From the NCBI GenBank assembly GCA_035221665.1, contig CM069132.1, positions 62,930,001 through 62,994,000 of the forward strand: DNA of 64,000 nucleotides. Direction: 5' to 3'. The notes beneath the pieces are model-generated. The model worked only from the letters and a program-made list of their open reading frames with translations, was not told where the DNA came from and ran no database searches. The position numbers and the translations under genes are program-made. This DNA is from Okamejei kenojei (taxonomy: Eukaryota). The stretch's first letter is position 1. Every line of letters begins with the position of its first letter. Positions 11,726 through 25,967 of this stretch are shown here, piece by piece.

Positions 11726-13483
11726 TAATGTGTACAGTACAAGGGAGCATGGACATGGATTTAGCCAGGGTTTCTGATCATTGTGCTGGATGAGAATAGA
11801 ATGGGAATTGGACTTTATCAGTGGCATGGAAAAATGTCCATCAATGCTCAGATTTCCATTCCTTAAATTTACGTTACTTAATAAGGTATTGGAAAACTAA
11901 TCAATGGTACTGGATCCAGAAATCATACATCATACCTACATTTAACACCGGGGGGGGGGGGAAGGAAGAGAGGAAACTTGAGCAAACAGTGTTTCAATGT
12001 ACTCCTGTCAAAATTATAACAGTCCTGAGATATTTTACTGAGTTGTCAAAAAGAGTTCTGTTTTAAATATCATCCACCTCTTATTTCACCAACCATGAGG
12101 TTTTATTTTACTGTTTGGATATCAGCGTTCAATGAAACAGGAACTGAACGTTTAATTAAACAAATAGGTTAATTAGTTCCCACCTAAATAAAGTCAATAA
12201 TACATTTTCTAAGTCATTACCTGTACACTTAGCATGTGATTACTACCATAAGAATGTAAGCTGGGATAACCAAATCACGAAAAGAATTTGTAAATGATGA
12301 GAGGATCAGCTTCAAAAAGTTATTCAGGTGTCTGCTTCAAAAATGCTCTCTGTCACACAGTGAGGAAACACCCAGAACAGCCACAATAAACCACATCCCT
12401 TGTTCAGCAAAATGTGCGATGTGATTAACGTGATAACTGGCTTTGTGACCTACATGTGTTGCGTAAATAATTTATGTGTGGATTAGTTAGGATCCCATGA
12501 TAGTAGACAGACACTGGATAGACCATTTTCTCAACAACATGCGCTGCACAATAGACCAGCACTTGCATTGCCTTCTCCTCGCTTCTACAGCAATTTGAAA
12601 GCTGAATATCTGGGAGTCTCATTTCCAATGCTAATTAGTACTGGGATTACATATTTTCTCTACAGCATTTTTATTTGAACTACACATTCTGTTTATACCT
12701 TAAGCAACAGAAATATGTTTTCTATCAACATTCTACATTGTAATTTACGACAAAAAAACAAGGTAAAGTGAAGTTAACGACACAGCAATCCTTTTTTTAA
12801 ATTAGCCTTATTTCCAAATAAATTGATAAAAATCAATTCTCTCACAGTTTTGAAATGGGGCACTAGGGGAGTCACCAGAGTTATATGTAATATTTATTTT
12901 TATGTATCCATGATGTAGAAGCAGAAATACAGCAGAGGAAAACATTAATTACAAATAAGAACAATATATTACACAGATATGTGGTTGCTTATTTACAACA
13001 CTAGTTGTGTTAACTATAATCTTTTGAGAAGATTTTCTCTACAGAAGATGACTTTTAAACAACAGCTCATGAAATAGCAAAGTTCATCCTGTCAGAAATA
13101 ATACCTTATTGTATTGACAAGTAGACAATGAAATCAGAAGACACTGGCTTCTCTCAGTGGGTGTGTACTCCATGGTTTCCTCCTGGGACATTTACTGCAC
13201 TTCCTTACAGGAAATCTCTTCGAAGGAAGTGGCAGTTGGCCCCTCAGATGTTTTATTAAAACGGTCTTTTGCCATTTTAAGCTATGGGGTGTCAGGCAGA
13301 CGACATTACCAACAGTCTTCTCTTTGTAATGCTGAAAAGATTTGGCAGAAGTAGTTATAACAGCAAGGTGGCGATGTTTCTGTCAGCAGCTGTCAAAACG
13401 ATATGGTAAACAGGTTAGAAGTGACAAAGAGCAGGGCACAAAGAGCAAAAGAAAGATATGGACTCAGAGAGACAGGGAGTCTG

Positions 13484-13517
<34 letters not shown>

Positions 13518-15481
13518 GGGGAAGGGGGGTAGAAAGGGGGGGCATGGGTGCAGATACTGGCCGAAGCAAAGTGGTAACATTGATCCAAATAAATAATTCA
13601 TTGGAAAAAGAGAGACCATAACTATATTTCTCTCAGATTATTAATGTAACAAACAGCTTATCGGCAAAAAGTATCATTCTCAAAGAAAGTTTGACCCACT
13701 GGTTTTATTGCTATACGAAGAATTTAATTGATTTGACACACCAAGCTAAAAGTAATGAAAAATAGCAAATGGCAGGTAAGCATATATCAAACTTTAGAAA
13801 CATTGCATGCATGGAAGTAAGTGCAAAAATGTAGAATTTAGCTCAATTTAGTGACATTACGCTCCAAAGAAGCTTAATCCGGGCTGCCCTCTCCATCCCG
13901 GGATCTTGAAGCAGCTGTCCATATCAGGCACCATATAGGATGAAATAGTTGCGAAAGTACAGGATAAAAGAGATGAGCCCATGCCAGGGACTTTCCCAAG
14001 TAGCATATTGATCACAGCTTTTACCTATGATGGGGGGATGTGGCAGATAAATCGTCTTGGATTCAGAAACAGGCCAGTAACAGATCTAAGAACTGAAGAG
14101 AAACCATACCACAGGCAGTGGACATAACACTTCTCAAAGCCACATGTCAAGCATTTGTTGCTTTATCCTTTATAACGGCAGAAATAAATTAACCTCAGGT
14201 CTGCCCAAATGTTCACCAATCACAAAGATTACCAGTAGGCATTACCAAAAGCAATCAAGAAAAAAATAAATAAGAACTTGCTCTGTCCTGCCAATGAGCT
14301 CAAAAGAGCTTCCTTTCCATTGTACATTTTCACAATCATACAACGGTTTACCTGCATACATGATGCTAAAGAGGTCACATGCTCTTAGCTTATTTTTGAA
14401 AGAAAACGTTTTTTTAATTTCCTGGAATCCTTCAATTTTTTTAATGATACCCCAAAGTGATTCAGAACCAATGGTTCTGATTTAACAGATCATGGTGAAG
14501 GAATTGAGACATCCATTTATATATTTAAAAAACTTGTCAACAGAAATTCTATTCTGGGGAACTTGGTAGAATCAGATTGACATTCTGGCATGGCACCTTC
14601 CACAGAGGGTCTGCCACCTGTGTGGAAGGATATGCAACTTTGCCTATGCCATCTCCTTAACCCAAAATATTGAAAAATTATCTTTTAACAAGTGTCCTAA
14701 CAAGAGGGAGCTAATTAGAATAAAGGAGTATATAGTTCAGTGTCAACATCTTGTCCTAAATCTCAAATGAAGACAGAAGAAAATTAGGATTGCAAGAGAA
14801 ACAAAAAGATAGAGAAAAAAATCAATTTTTATTTTTTTAATCTCCAACAATAATTTAACTGTGAAAGAACAAGTCTCCACATATACTAAATCTTGTTTTC
14901 TATATCAGAGAAGTAGTTTGACAGTAATATAGACTTACTTTGCCATTAAAAATTTACTTAGACTGGAACAGATGAGCCTTAAATTATAGGTAACATTGAG
15001 TAGAGTAGGAATGGCAGTCCAAGGGTGTTCCATCCATCTCAGTGCCAGGTGTTACGGCAGAGCTTTTGGACAAAAGCCACTCAGGCAAAAACCTTCCCAG
15101 CTCCTGAAATTATTGCCTTTGTGCATCACTTAATATTGCCATCAGGCCTATTCTTCAATAACACTGTGTGCCAATACTTCTGCACAAAGTTAGTCCTTTC
15201 AGTTATTGCGGATATGCCAGTCTCAACACCCCAAGCAACCTGTACAACATAAATGAATAAATCTGCAAAAGAAAACTATATTTTAAGTTAAACCTCAGCC
15301 AGTGTGATTTAGTCTATATTAAACTAAAGAAAAACGTAACAAAAAAAAAACCTAGTCTGTGGATATACGTGGATATACCACATGTTTGCTGTTGATCTCT
15401 GCAATCCACAAGAAGTACAACACCAATTTCATCCAGTGATTAAATGGAAGGCTTTAAGCCAGGCATTTTCAAATACTTATT

Positions 15482-15898
15482 ACAATAGACAATAGACAAT
15501 AGGTGCAGGAGTAGGCCATTTGGCCCTTCGAGCCAGCACCGCCATTCAATGTGATCATGGCTGATCATCCCCAATCAGTACCCCGTTCCTGTCTTCTCCC
15601 CATATCCCCTGACTCCGCTATTTTTAAGAGCCCTATCTAGCTCTCTCTAAAAAGCATCCAGAGAACCTGCCTCCACCGCCCTCTGAGGCAGAGAATTCCA
15701 CAGATTCACCACCCTCTGTGAGAAAAAGTGTTTCCTCGTCTCCATTCTAAATAGCTTACTCCTTATTCTTAAACTGTGGCCCCTGGTACTGGACTCCCCC
15801 AACATCGGGAACATGTTTCCTGCCTCTAGTTTGTCCAAGCCCTTAACAATCTTTATATTTCAATGAGATAACCTCTCATCCTTCTAAACTCTAGAGTG
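15482..15898 (-). mobile_element. Young CR1 (HER1-like) 3' end
   Basis: (acaatag)3 tail; [26 protein letters not shown]...[16 protein letters not shown]. Confidence 0.9.
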
Positions 15899-15899
15899 T

Positions 15900-16733
15900 T
15901 TGGTCAATTTCCTCAATTGACCAAAGGCTGTGCTTCCAATTGAAGGCAGTGATCAATCTTGGCATTAATCTCTGCTTTCACTGAGAGGTGGCTTTCATAA
16001 TATGGGAAGTGGTCCATTGTTTCAAGGGTCTCTTCATGAACAGTTGTTTCTTCAGAGAATTTGTGTAGTGCAGTGGGGGCCGGTTGGCAGCAGACCTTAG
16101 CCTTGCAGATGCTGAGGTAAGTCCAATACTTTAGTGAGTCGTCAGTGTCTTGGAGCTCTGGCAGTGATTGAGCAGTCCCATATACTTCACAGACCTGGAT
16201 CACCTAGAGCCGGCCTGTCATGGCACCGGAAAAACGTCACTGACAATGTTTTGGCAAAATCCTCCATGTTCACTGGAAGGAAGCTCCCTTTCCCAAGCCA
16301 ATATCCCTGACACCGAGGCCGCCCTTGTTACACTCAGTCAGCTACCCCTGGCAGGCTTCTTTGACTGCATACTTAATTTTAGACCTCTGAAACGCTTTTC
16401 AGAACTCTGTTGTGAGAGAAGATTGCCAGGTAAATACAGAAACAGCTTCTCACTGACTCTTGAGAATCTCCTGTCCCTGGCTACTCAGATTGGAGAAGGA
16501 GCATCCAGGAAGGTATTGAGAACCTCCAGGACATGCATCAGGAGCACAGAGGCCCTGTGTCAGTGGCAGACTTGTTCCACAAACTACCCATTCACCTGCC
16601 TTGACAAGCACCTCCTGCCTGTGTGGAAGAGCCTATACGGGTCTCACATTGGCCTCTTTGGCCAATGTAGAAGCCACAACACTGTGATGGAAACAAGTCC
16701 TCCTCAATCCTGGGGTACTGCCTAAGAAGAAAA
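15900..16733 (+). mobile_element. RTE (BovB-like) LINE 3' part with inverted 5' segment (~15900-16150 on minus)
   Basis: Minus: ETLETMDHFPYYESHLSVKAEINAKIDHCLQ; plus: YTSQTWIT*SR...LSQANIPDTEA..LSQLPLAG; tail ggtactgcctaagaagaaa. Confidence 0.8.
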
Positions 16734-18429
16734 TATCATGAAAGTATATCTTTATAAGTTAACATTTGTTTACTTGAATGAGAAAGGGTAACTTGGCCCA
16801 TTAAAATTCTTTCTTAAGATGCATTCCTTTTTGTGTAATTTCAGAAAATGCAAAAATTACTTGGTATAATCCTGCTGACTTACATGCTGAATTCTTGTTG
16901 GCATTTGCTCTATGCTAGTCGCACAATTTTTCAGAATCTACTTTCTTTCATTTTCTTGCCTGTTTTGCACTACTACTTCAAAAGCACTGAAAATGTTTGT
17001 TTGCGTGCTATCTAGTCAAATCAGATAATACTAAACGGGAATACAATCAAGCTGTCCACAAGTATAACAGGTAGAGCAAAAAGAAAAATACCAGAGTGCA
17101 GAATATAGTTTTCAACATTGTAGCGTAAATGGCCAGAGGAAAAGTCCAGGAATAATTACAAATACATTAAACTACTGAAAATAAATATTAATTGTTTATA
17201 ATATTAACAGCAATGAAACATCAAAGAATAATAATCATTTTACTTTGTATTTTAATTTCACTAACGTCCACATTTAACTAAATATATTAAAACATTTTGC
17301 TAAATATATAAAAATAGAAAGGGGAAAATGAAATTATTGCTCCAAGTTTGTGCATAAATTTGACAGTAACCTACTCCATGAAACCCACATGTCCATCTTC
17401 CCCTAATGCCAAATCTCATTGCCCATCATTGTAGCAGTTGATGAAACATCTAGAGAAAAAAATAATTATGTATTCAAACCAGGGAAAAAAAAGAGTGGAG
17501 GACTGTGCATCTAGTTACAGGTAAAAGGGGATGAGAGGTTTTGCTGCAAAACGCATTGTAATTTTTAGTTGCCGATGACATTTGCAAGTATTTCAGGTTT
17601 CAAGTTATATATTCTCCAAATTATGCTGATTTTCCTAACTTTTAACACTTGTGCAGGAATATATGGGTAATGTGAACATATGGGTAGCCACAGAAAGATA
17701 ACCGAGAGGCATGCTGGGAAAAATGTTGATGGAAAGCTGAGTCTGAGACTAACACAGACGGCCTGGAATGCTGAAACTATGGAAGGAACTCGACTGGCTG
17801 AGAATATAAGCTCCATGGCAACCTGGAGATAACAAAATGTTCTCATGGAAAGATTTACCAGCTGTTAAAAAATCTAAATTTTTGAAGAGGTGCTAAGAGT
17901 AAAATAATCAACAATGTGGTCAGCTATCAATCATTGATGACTTCACGGGGAAAGGATGATATTCTCATTTCATTTAGCTATTTCAGAGTGAAATTGGTAG
18001 TGTTAATTGACATGAAAACATAAGTTCTTGGTTGTAAAGAAGTGAACCATAATCCATACCTGCCAGAGAAATCCACATAGCTGGAGCCTGACTCGTCTTA
18101 GAAGGGTCTTGACTAGGATATATTTGGAGGCCTTCATCCTGATAAACTTGGCTGTCCTCTATCAATAGCTAGATTATCAATGAAAGGTGACCATCTCTCT
18201 CCTAATCTCTCATTTGCTACCAGACCTGCTGAGTGTTTTAAAATGTTTATTTTCTATTACTGGAACAGATAGTATGGCCTAATATTTGTTCCATTATTGA
18301 TAGCTATCACTTTAAAACTAACAGTGCTTCACTATACTGGTTTTGTGGTATTGACAATCAAACGACATATTTTAACCAGTCCTCAACAAAAGATTGAATT
18401 TTACCTATTCTAATTTTGCTTAAAAGGAA

Positions 18430-19180
18430 GGAAAAACAAGATCGCATTTATTTAATGTCTTTCAAATGTATGAACATCTTGAAGCATTTTACAACCAATG
18501 AAATACATTAAGCATGATCAATGCTGTCACATAAGAAATTATGTAGACAATTTACATACAGCAGGCTGCCCGAAACAGCAATGTTACAATGACCAGGTAA
18601 CCAGGTTTTTAGTGATGTTGATTAAAGGATGTTTTGGATAGGATACTAAATACTACACACTACTCTTCCTTGAAATATATATTAGTTTAGAGTTTATCAA
18701 TTTAGAGATATAGTGCAGAAACAGGCCCTTCGGCCCACCGGGTCTATGCCAACCAGAAATCCCTGAACACTAGCGCTATTCTACATACTAGGGACAGTGT
18801 ACAATCTTTACCGAAGCCAATTAACCTACAAACCTATATGTCTTTGGAGTGTCGGAAGAAACCGGAGCAGCAGGGGAAAACCCACAAGGTCACGGGAAGA
18901 ACGTAAAACTGCGTGCAGACAGCACCCGTAGTCAGGAACAAACCTGACCTCTGGCGCTGTAAAGCAGCAACTCTACCACTGCACCTTCTTGCCTACTACT
19001 ATTACATCTCCAGCATTTATCTGATGATCGGCGAGAGCATTAATTAGAATTGTAGCCAGAAATGACAAGGCCCTACATTCAGTGTAGCATAGTCTCAGCA
19101 TCAAAATTAGTGCACTAATTTACTTGAACCGTCAACTTCCTGACAGGGGAGAGAGTTCCAGCTGTGCCACGGTTGACACA
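18430..19180 (-). mobile_element. Ancient DeuSINE (SacSINE1/AmnSINE-like) interrupted by a V-SINE
   Basis: Degenerate Deu-domain wording (agtgatgttgattaaaggat...ctcttccttgaaata) that resumes after 18985. Confidence 0.55.
18683..18985 (-). mobile_element. tRNA-derived V-SINE (HE1-like)
   Basis: Reverse complement has tRNA A/B boxes, V-domain (ctccggtttcttccgacactccaaagac) and CR1-like tail. Confidence 0.85.
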
Positions 19181-22100
19181 TGTTGCAGTGATTGCATGGC
19201 CATCAACTGCACCACCAACTTGGCCAAGTTATGCTGTGACATTTTGGTGACAAATATAATCCAGCCAAATATCCTCGGCATGGTTGACAGTCTCAAGTTC
19301 ACACATGATGCAATAAAAATAATAAATGCAAATCATTATTTATTACAATATGCAAAATTATGAAATGTCCACTAATGTGGACTCAATTAAAGTTAGGGTT
19401 TGGCACTGTAAAATGAACTTTTATTTCAATATCTGAGGTCTGTTTCATTTCATGAGATGGAATTAAAAGAAGAGTTCACTGCTCTCCATAGCATATTCTA
19501 TTTATGGTATTCGTGCAATCGTAAAATTAAATATTTTAATAGCCATTTGAATCTAATTTAATTTTAATGAAGATCATTACAAACACAAAGGCCCTGATAA
19601 AATTCATCACTGTCCCACGAGCTGACCCCTAACTCTCTCCAAAGGCAATGCCCAGAAATTACAAAATTCCCACAACCAGGATTACATACATTTCTTGAAT
19701 TGTCCTTGTCCCAAATTATTTGTTCTGCCAGTGAACCATATTTCAAATTTATCGTGTGTTACTGTGCAGAAATAGCTCTAATTAAGACCTCCTTTCCCCC
19801 ACCTGCAATTGCAAAAATACTTTAATTTATTTGGTATGTCTGAAGGCAAGGAAAAAGCAGGATGATTGTGGAAAGTATATTTGATTACTAATGAATGGTC
19901 ATCAACCTGAAACATTAACACTGCTCCCCTCTCCACGGATACTCCCTGAACAGCTAAGAATTTCCTGCATTTACTGTTCTGCGTTGTTGGACAGGCTGCT
20001 TCCGGAGGAAACACTCTTTCTTACAGTGATGACCATTATATTAACCATGAAATGCAACACTCCTTTTTAATAGCAGACCACCCTTATGCCAGGATCAATG
20101 TTAGCCCTTTGCTAATACTGATTATATTTTTTTATTTGTCCTCATAAAGACATAATTGAAGGTGACCTAATAGTTAAGTGTACTTACTAGCAGACTTGCT
20201 GCAACATAAGCTGGGGGTTCAACTAATTGCACAAACTGTTCAACCATCTACACAACTACAAACATTTACTCAAAATAATTGTTTTTAAAAGCTTTAAACA
20301 ACTTTATTTTTAGCTTCATACAGCTAAAGGAGTCATAATGCAAAAAAATCTTTGTGCAGGGGGAGTAATGAATGTATCATGTAGTTAAATAAGTGAGTAT
20401 GTGCAGCAGTCTGTGACAGCAATGTGTTTGGTTATCCTTCCATCAGAGCATCCCAAATGAAGTCTGAGCCTTAGAATACATTTGCTGGTAAATTCTCCCA
20501 CTCACAGCCTGAAGCTGAACATCTGTCTCTTGACCTAGAAATTGACTTACAGCTTACTATTAAACCATACTGTATTATACATTACTATGCAACATACCAG
20601 CAATGCCTGCCAGTGATACATTCTTTTGTAACACTTCCGTATATCATTCCCTGGTCATGATTAAAAACCATCTCATTTAGAAATGTATCCAAATATTCAT
20701 TAATGTCTTCTGGATCATATGAAAAAAATATTTCTTCTAGATTATATGAAAAAAAAAGAATTCTGTTCATGTAATTATATTAATTCAATAATATAATTAA
20801 TATATTAGTAATTTTAATTTATTAATATAAAGTCAACTGAGAGAGAGGAAAGCTGAAAAAATACATTGGAATTTCCAAAATCTCTATTGTACATTGCATT
20901 TGTATAAAACAGCCACAATTAAACTCATCTGCAGTATTTATATTCATCCTCTATCAACATTTTTTAAATATAACTGCAAGAACCAAGATTTTGTTTTCTC
21001 TTAGATATGCTCTGTGAGTACCTTCAGCTTCTAAATTTACTTTCCATTCTCAGTACTGACAAGTGGGCACCATTTTAAACATGCGCATACCTCCCACCAA
21101 CTCTTCTAGTCTTTCCAATCCCATTGTTACTTTCTTCCTGTAACACTCCCCATAACATCCCTTAGTCACATATAATCATTGCTCCAAAGTTATTATCACC
21201 ATCCGCAATCCACCAACAGTTATATTTCCTTTAGGTTTAAATGTCCCTAGAAGAATATTAACACATGGTTAAACCGGTGAAACAACATCCCTTGTTTGCT
21301 TCAATCAGGCATGTTTATAAACCTTAGAGCATATACCTCCATATTTCAGTATTCAACACGTAATAATTCCGAGGGAGGAAACGTGTTGGAGCTCCACGTG
21401 TTCAAGCAATAGCAAACCTGATGCAAGTCGCAAAATGCAATTCTCTGCCTTCGTCATCCCCTTTCTACATTTTCATTCATTTATTTCCTTAGCCATTTTA
21501 ACTATTTATATTCTGATTTTCATTGTTGGTTTCCTGTGTCTGTTTAGCCAGCCTCATTCTTCACCTCCTCTCCCAGTCCAGTGGCAGTGAAGGCATTGGG
21601 CAAGTCAGTCTTTTGTTTAATGTTGCTATTTTCTTTTCTCCTGATTTGCTTATACATCAACAGGGAGAATCATTGCTGATTGCTGGAGATTCTAGCTATT
21701 CCTGAAGAGCTGGAAATATGACTTGCCTACTATAATTTATATTATATCAAAACTCAAAATACCACTGTACAGAATTGGGAAATGGCAGTCATTACCAATG
21801 GATTGATGCAGTGTGGTTTATCCATTTCATCAATTTACAAACAGTGTAAACATCCCTCATTCCAAATGCATTGTATGAGACTAACTCCAGATCAGTCACT
21901 TTCCTCATTCAATAGTGTGCATTCACGTCCTAAGTAGAAATAAATATGTTGCTTCCATAAGTTGTCTAACTAAAGTTTAAGTAATAATTGTCATTAGCTC
22001 ATGTTGATAATGCACCATCACAAATAATAATGTGCTCAAGAGCTATTGACTCTCCCTTTCCCTATAAGTTTGACCCAGGATCTTTACTTACACACAGCCG

Positions 22101-22939
22101 AACCTCCTCTCAACTATACCTCCAGAATAACAATTCCAGGCAAATCATGTATGATAACAACATTGTAGTATAGTATTTGCCTCCACAAAGACAATAATAA
22201 TTATTTAATAATTTAATGTCAATAATTTTGTTTATCACTTTTTACTCAATGTCTTTTTCTGCCCCTATCGTTCCTGGTGGTGGTAAATTATATGGTTCCA
22301 TAGGCACCAGCAGTTCTCTCTCATGTGGCCATTGCTCATCTATTCAACATATACAGTACTGTGATTCTTAGATGCCATTTCATTCATAAATTAGCTGTCA
22401 ATATTAAATTCTATCCAATCCTTCTTCCAGTACAACAAATACACTTATCAGTAGGAGACAATGGATGAAAACCTTAAACAGGTAAACCTTGGCTGATTTT
22501 TATTCTTCCTAGCCTGGGGAAGGTCAGATCAAATGTCACACCCTCACTTCCAGCCTGGAGTTCAGCGAAAACAGCAACGATCAAACCTAGGATATTTATG
22601 ATCTGCAAAATAACTAATTACATGCACTTTAGTTGAAAATATACAGACCTCAAATTCACAGCATGGATGAATTCCAAATAAACACTCACTATATTTGTCT
22701 CAGATTGCTCTCTAATACTTTAGCAGAAGCTTTGCCCCATTTCAGATTAGTCAAGGTATACCTCTAGAAAATGAGCACAGGAATTTCAAATTAGCACGTT
22801 AAGCTAACGTATTTTAATCAAACAGCACAATTTAAGGTACTGGTTTATTCTTCATACAGATCTGAATTTAAAGCATATCTATTCACAGGATTATTTTATT
22901 TTAAAGATAATCTGAAGCTCTCATCTAACAATTGATAAA

Positions 22940-23250
22940 AAGGAGGAACTTGCCTTTACAAAACTACTTCAATGATCACGAATAAACCTAATGTGCTTTA
23001 CTCATTGCTCATGAGGAGTCGGCTCTTTTGCTCCTGAACAGCTGATTTTTACACAGCAAGGTCCCATAAATAGCAATGTCTAAATAAACAGATTTACTGA
23101 TGTTAGATGATGAAGAAGTGTTGGCCCGGATAGCGGTAGATTCCCCCTGCTCTTCTCAGAATAATACTGTGTAATTATTTATATCTACCCAAGAGGGCAG
23201 GCAGGTCTCATTTTCAAGTCTTTTTCAAAGGAAGCTCCCCCTGTCTCTAT
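22940..23250 (-). mobile_element. Ancient DeuSINE remnant
   Basis: ttggcccggatagcggtagattcccctgctcttctcagaata...ctacccaagagggcaggcagg resembles the Deu domain reverse complement. Confidence 0.6.
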
Positions 23251-24149
23251 AATCGGTTTATATAATTAACAACACACAGCAAATCACCATCTATTTGGCT
23301 TTAGCTAATTAGCTGTCCAGCAAACACTATGTAGCGATGTACAATTTATATGAACTTAAAAGTTGCAAGACAACACATAAGTTTACAAAATCTGTTTAAT
23401 GGTGTAACCAGCACATGTCAGCCTGTGTTTTACAAATAATATTTCATTTTCTGAAATTTCAAATAAAACTTGTTCATTCAAGTTTTAGATAAAATCTTGA
23501 CAGATTTTTTGCATATGGCACTGTGGCTAGTTTGATACATCATTTTTAAACAATTTGCTCCTAAGGAAATACAGACAAATCTATTTTCATGCAAACCTAA
23601 GTTCCTACAGTGCATGAAGAGAAAGGACGACATGAAAATGACAAAACTGTAAAAGCTAAACTAATGATAATGAAACATTCAAAGGAATATATATGTTAGT
23701 TCTGGATCATCATTCTGGATTGAGGAAAGGAAATAGCATTCAGTTATTAACAGATGTAGCATATAAAAATGATTTAAAGAGAAAAGTAAGAGCAGCCTAT
23801 AGGTCATTCAAATTTCCTCTAGAGTATTTAATGTTTGCTCCTGTAAATTATGAGATGTTCTTCAAAGTATTATAGGTATGCATTTTTTTTTTGAGTAAAT
23901 CATAGGCAAAACATGTTCTTTATGGGGTTAAATTGATTTTAAAGTGAATGCTTGCTATAATTGAATTGAAATATATTGAGATCCCCTCCCTATTTTAATG
24001 ATTTAAATAAATGTAACAACTTTTTAATATAGGTCCAGTTCTAGTAACACAGCGTCAATCCCAAGTAAAATGTATACATATTTTTACTAGACATTTATTA
24101 TATTTTCCAAATACATGCTCTTTATTGTCTTTATTATCCAACATGGTAA

Positions 24150-25112
24150 AGGCTTACTGGAAACATAATTGGCTTGATGGTAGGGAGCAGAGGGTGATGG
24201 AGGAAGATTGTTGTACTGGACTGAAAATCCATGACTAATAGTTTACCTCAGGGGGCCAGTACTGGGGCTTTCATTGTTTGTGGTTTATATCAATGACTTG
24301 GTTGAGAATGTATAAGACATGGTAAGTGAATTTGCAGATCATACTAAAATAGTTGGTATTATAGACTGTGAAGAAGGTTATCAGGAATCACAGGGGGATA
24401 ATGATCAACTGTCAAAGTGGGCCAAAGTATGGCAAATGGATTTTAATACAGCTAAGTGGAGGTCTGTATTTTGGGAGGTCAAGGTAGGATAGGAATTTCA
24501 CAGTGAAATGAAGGACCCTGGGGAGTGTAGTAGAATAGAGGGACCAAAGAGTATACGTTTTCTGAAAGTGGTATATCATAGGTAGACGTTGTGCACATAG
24601 TGGTCATTTTGGTCATCCTGCGTAGGAAATATGTCATTAAACTGGAAAGAGTACAGAAAAAAATGAGGATGTTGCCAGGATTCGAGAGATAGAGTTAGAG
24701 TGAGAGATTAGACAGGCTTAGACTTTATTTCTTAGAGCATAGGAGACTGAGGGACGTTCTTACAGACGTGGGTAATATCATGAGGGGCATAGATAGGGGA
24801 TGTAATCTTTCTTCCCTGGGTTAGGGAATCAAGAACTAAACGGCATAGGTTTAAGCTGGGAGGGGAAAGATAATAGGAACCAGAGGGGCAACATCTTCAT
24901 AATGAGGGTAGTACATATTTACAATGAGTTGCCATAAGAAATGGTTAAGGTGGGTTCAATGACAATATTTAAAAGATATTTAAGCCAGTGCATGAATGTG
25001 AAAGGATTAGAGGAATCAAATGCAAGCAAATTAGACTACCGTAGATAGGCACCTTCGTCAGTGTAGATGAATTGGGCTAACGGGCCTGTTTAGGCACTGT
25101 ATGACTCTATGA
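24150..25112 (+). mobile_element. Old CR1 LINE (RT C-terminal half to 3' tail)
   Basis: Degenerate PQGPVLGLSLFVVYINDL, FADHTKIVG; tail ctgtatgactctatgac. Confidence 0.85.
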
Positions 25113-25237
25113 CACTGCTGAGTGGACTTAGTAGTGGGTAGTGTCAGGGTGTGAGTAAAATGAGAAAGAGGCCTCCATTTCAACATAGGTCATTTCTGCC
25201 TATTCACTTCTATTAAAAGGCTAGTAGTAAGAGTTGG

Positions 25238-25800
25238 TCATAAGGTCATAAGTGATAGAAGCAGAATTAGGCCATTTGGCCCATCAAGTGTACTCCGCTA
25301 TTCAATCATGGCTGATCTATCTCTGATAACCCTAACCTCCTAACCCCATTCTGCCTTCTCCCCATAATCCTTGGCACGTGTACTAATCAAGAATCTATCG
25401 ATCTCTGTCTTTAAAATATCCATTGACTTGATCTCCACAGCCTTCTGGGGCTATGACCTCTAGCCCTAGACTCTCCCACTAGTGGAAACATCCTCTCCAC
25501 ATCCACTCTATCCAAGCCTTTCACTATTCGATATGTTTCAATGAGGTCCCCCCTTATCCTTCCAAACTCCAGCGAGTACAGGCCCAGTGCTGTCAAACAC
25601 TCATCATATGTTAACCCACTCATTCCTGGGGTTGTTCTTGTAAACCTCCTCTGGACCCTCTCCAGAGCCACCACATCCTTCCTCAGATATGGTGCCCAAA
25701 ATTGCTCACAATACTCCAAATGCAGCCTGACCAGCGACTTATAGAGCATCAGCATTACATCCCTGTTTTTGTATTCTAATCCTCTTGAAATATATGCTAG
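25238..25800 (-). mobile_element. CR1 LINE 3' part
   Basis: ORF 25411..25755 LYKSLVRLHLEYCEQFWAPYLRKDVVALERVQRRFTR. Confidence 0.92.
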
Positions 25801-25927
25801 CTAGGTATGGCTCTCCTGATTGGCTTGAGTAATATTGTAATTAACTTGTCAGGACTAGAGTTTAGATCCAGATCAACACTCCATTACTTATAAATTCTAT
25901 TCATCTTTAAGTTGCAGTTTACAGCAT

Positions 25928-25967
25928 CGCTGCCCCCAAAAGGTAGTGACAGCTGCCCTCTGCTGGT
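25928..25967 (-). promoter_or_regulatory. Strong CTCF motif with a weaker tandem neighbour
   Basis: Minus strand ACCAGCAGAGGGCAGC (25952-25967), full match to the core consensus; second CCTTTTGGGGGCAGCG (25928-25943) in the same orientation. Confidence 0.6.

Noticed and set aside
13860-14030. Possible minus-strand exon (VKAVINMLLGKVPGMG...)
   Set aside because: Weak acceptor, no recognisable host protein; at most a faint echo of a LINE KAPGPDG region.
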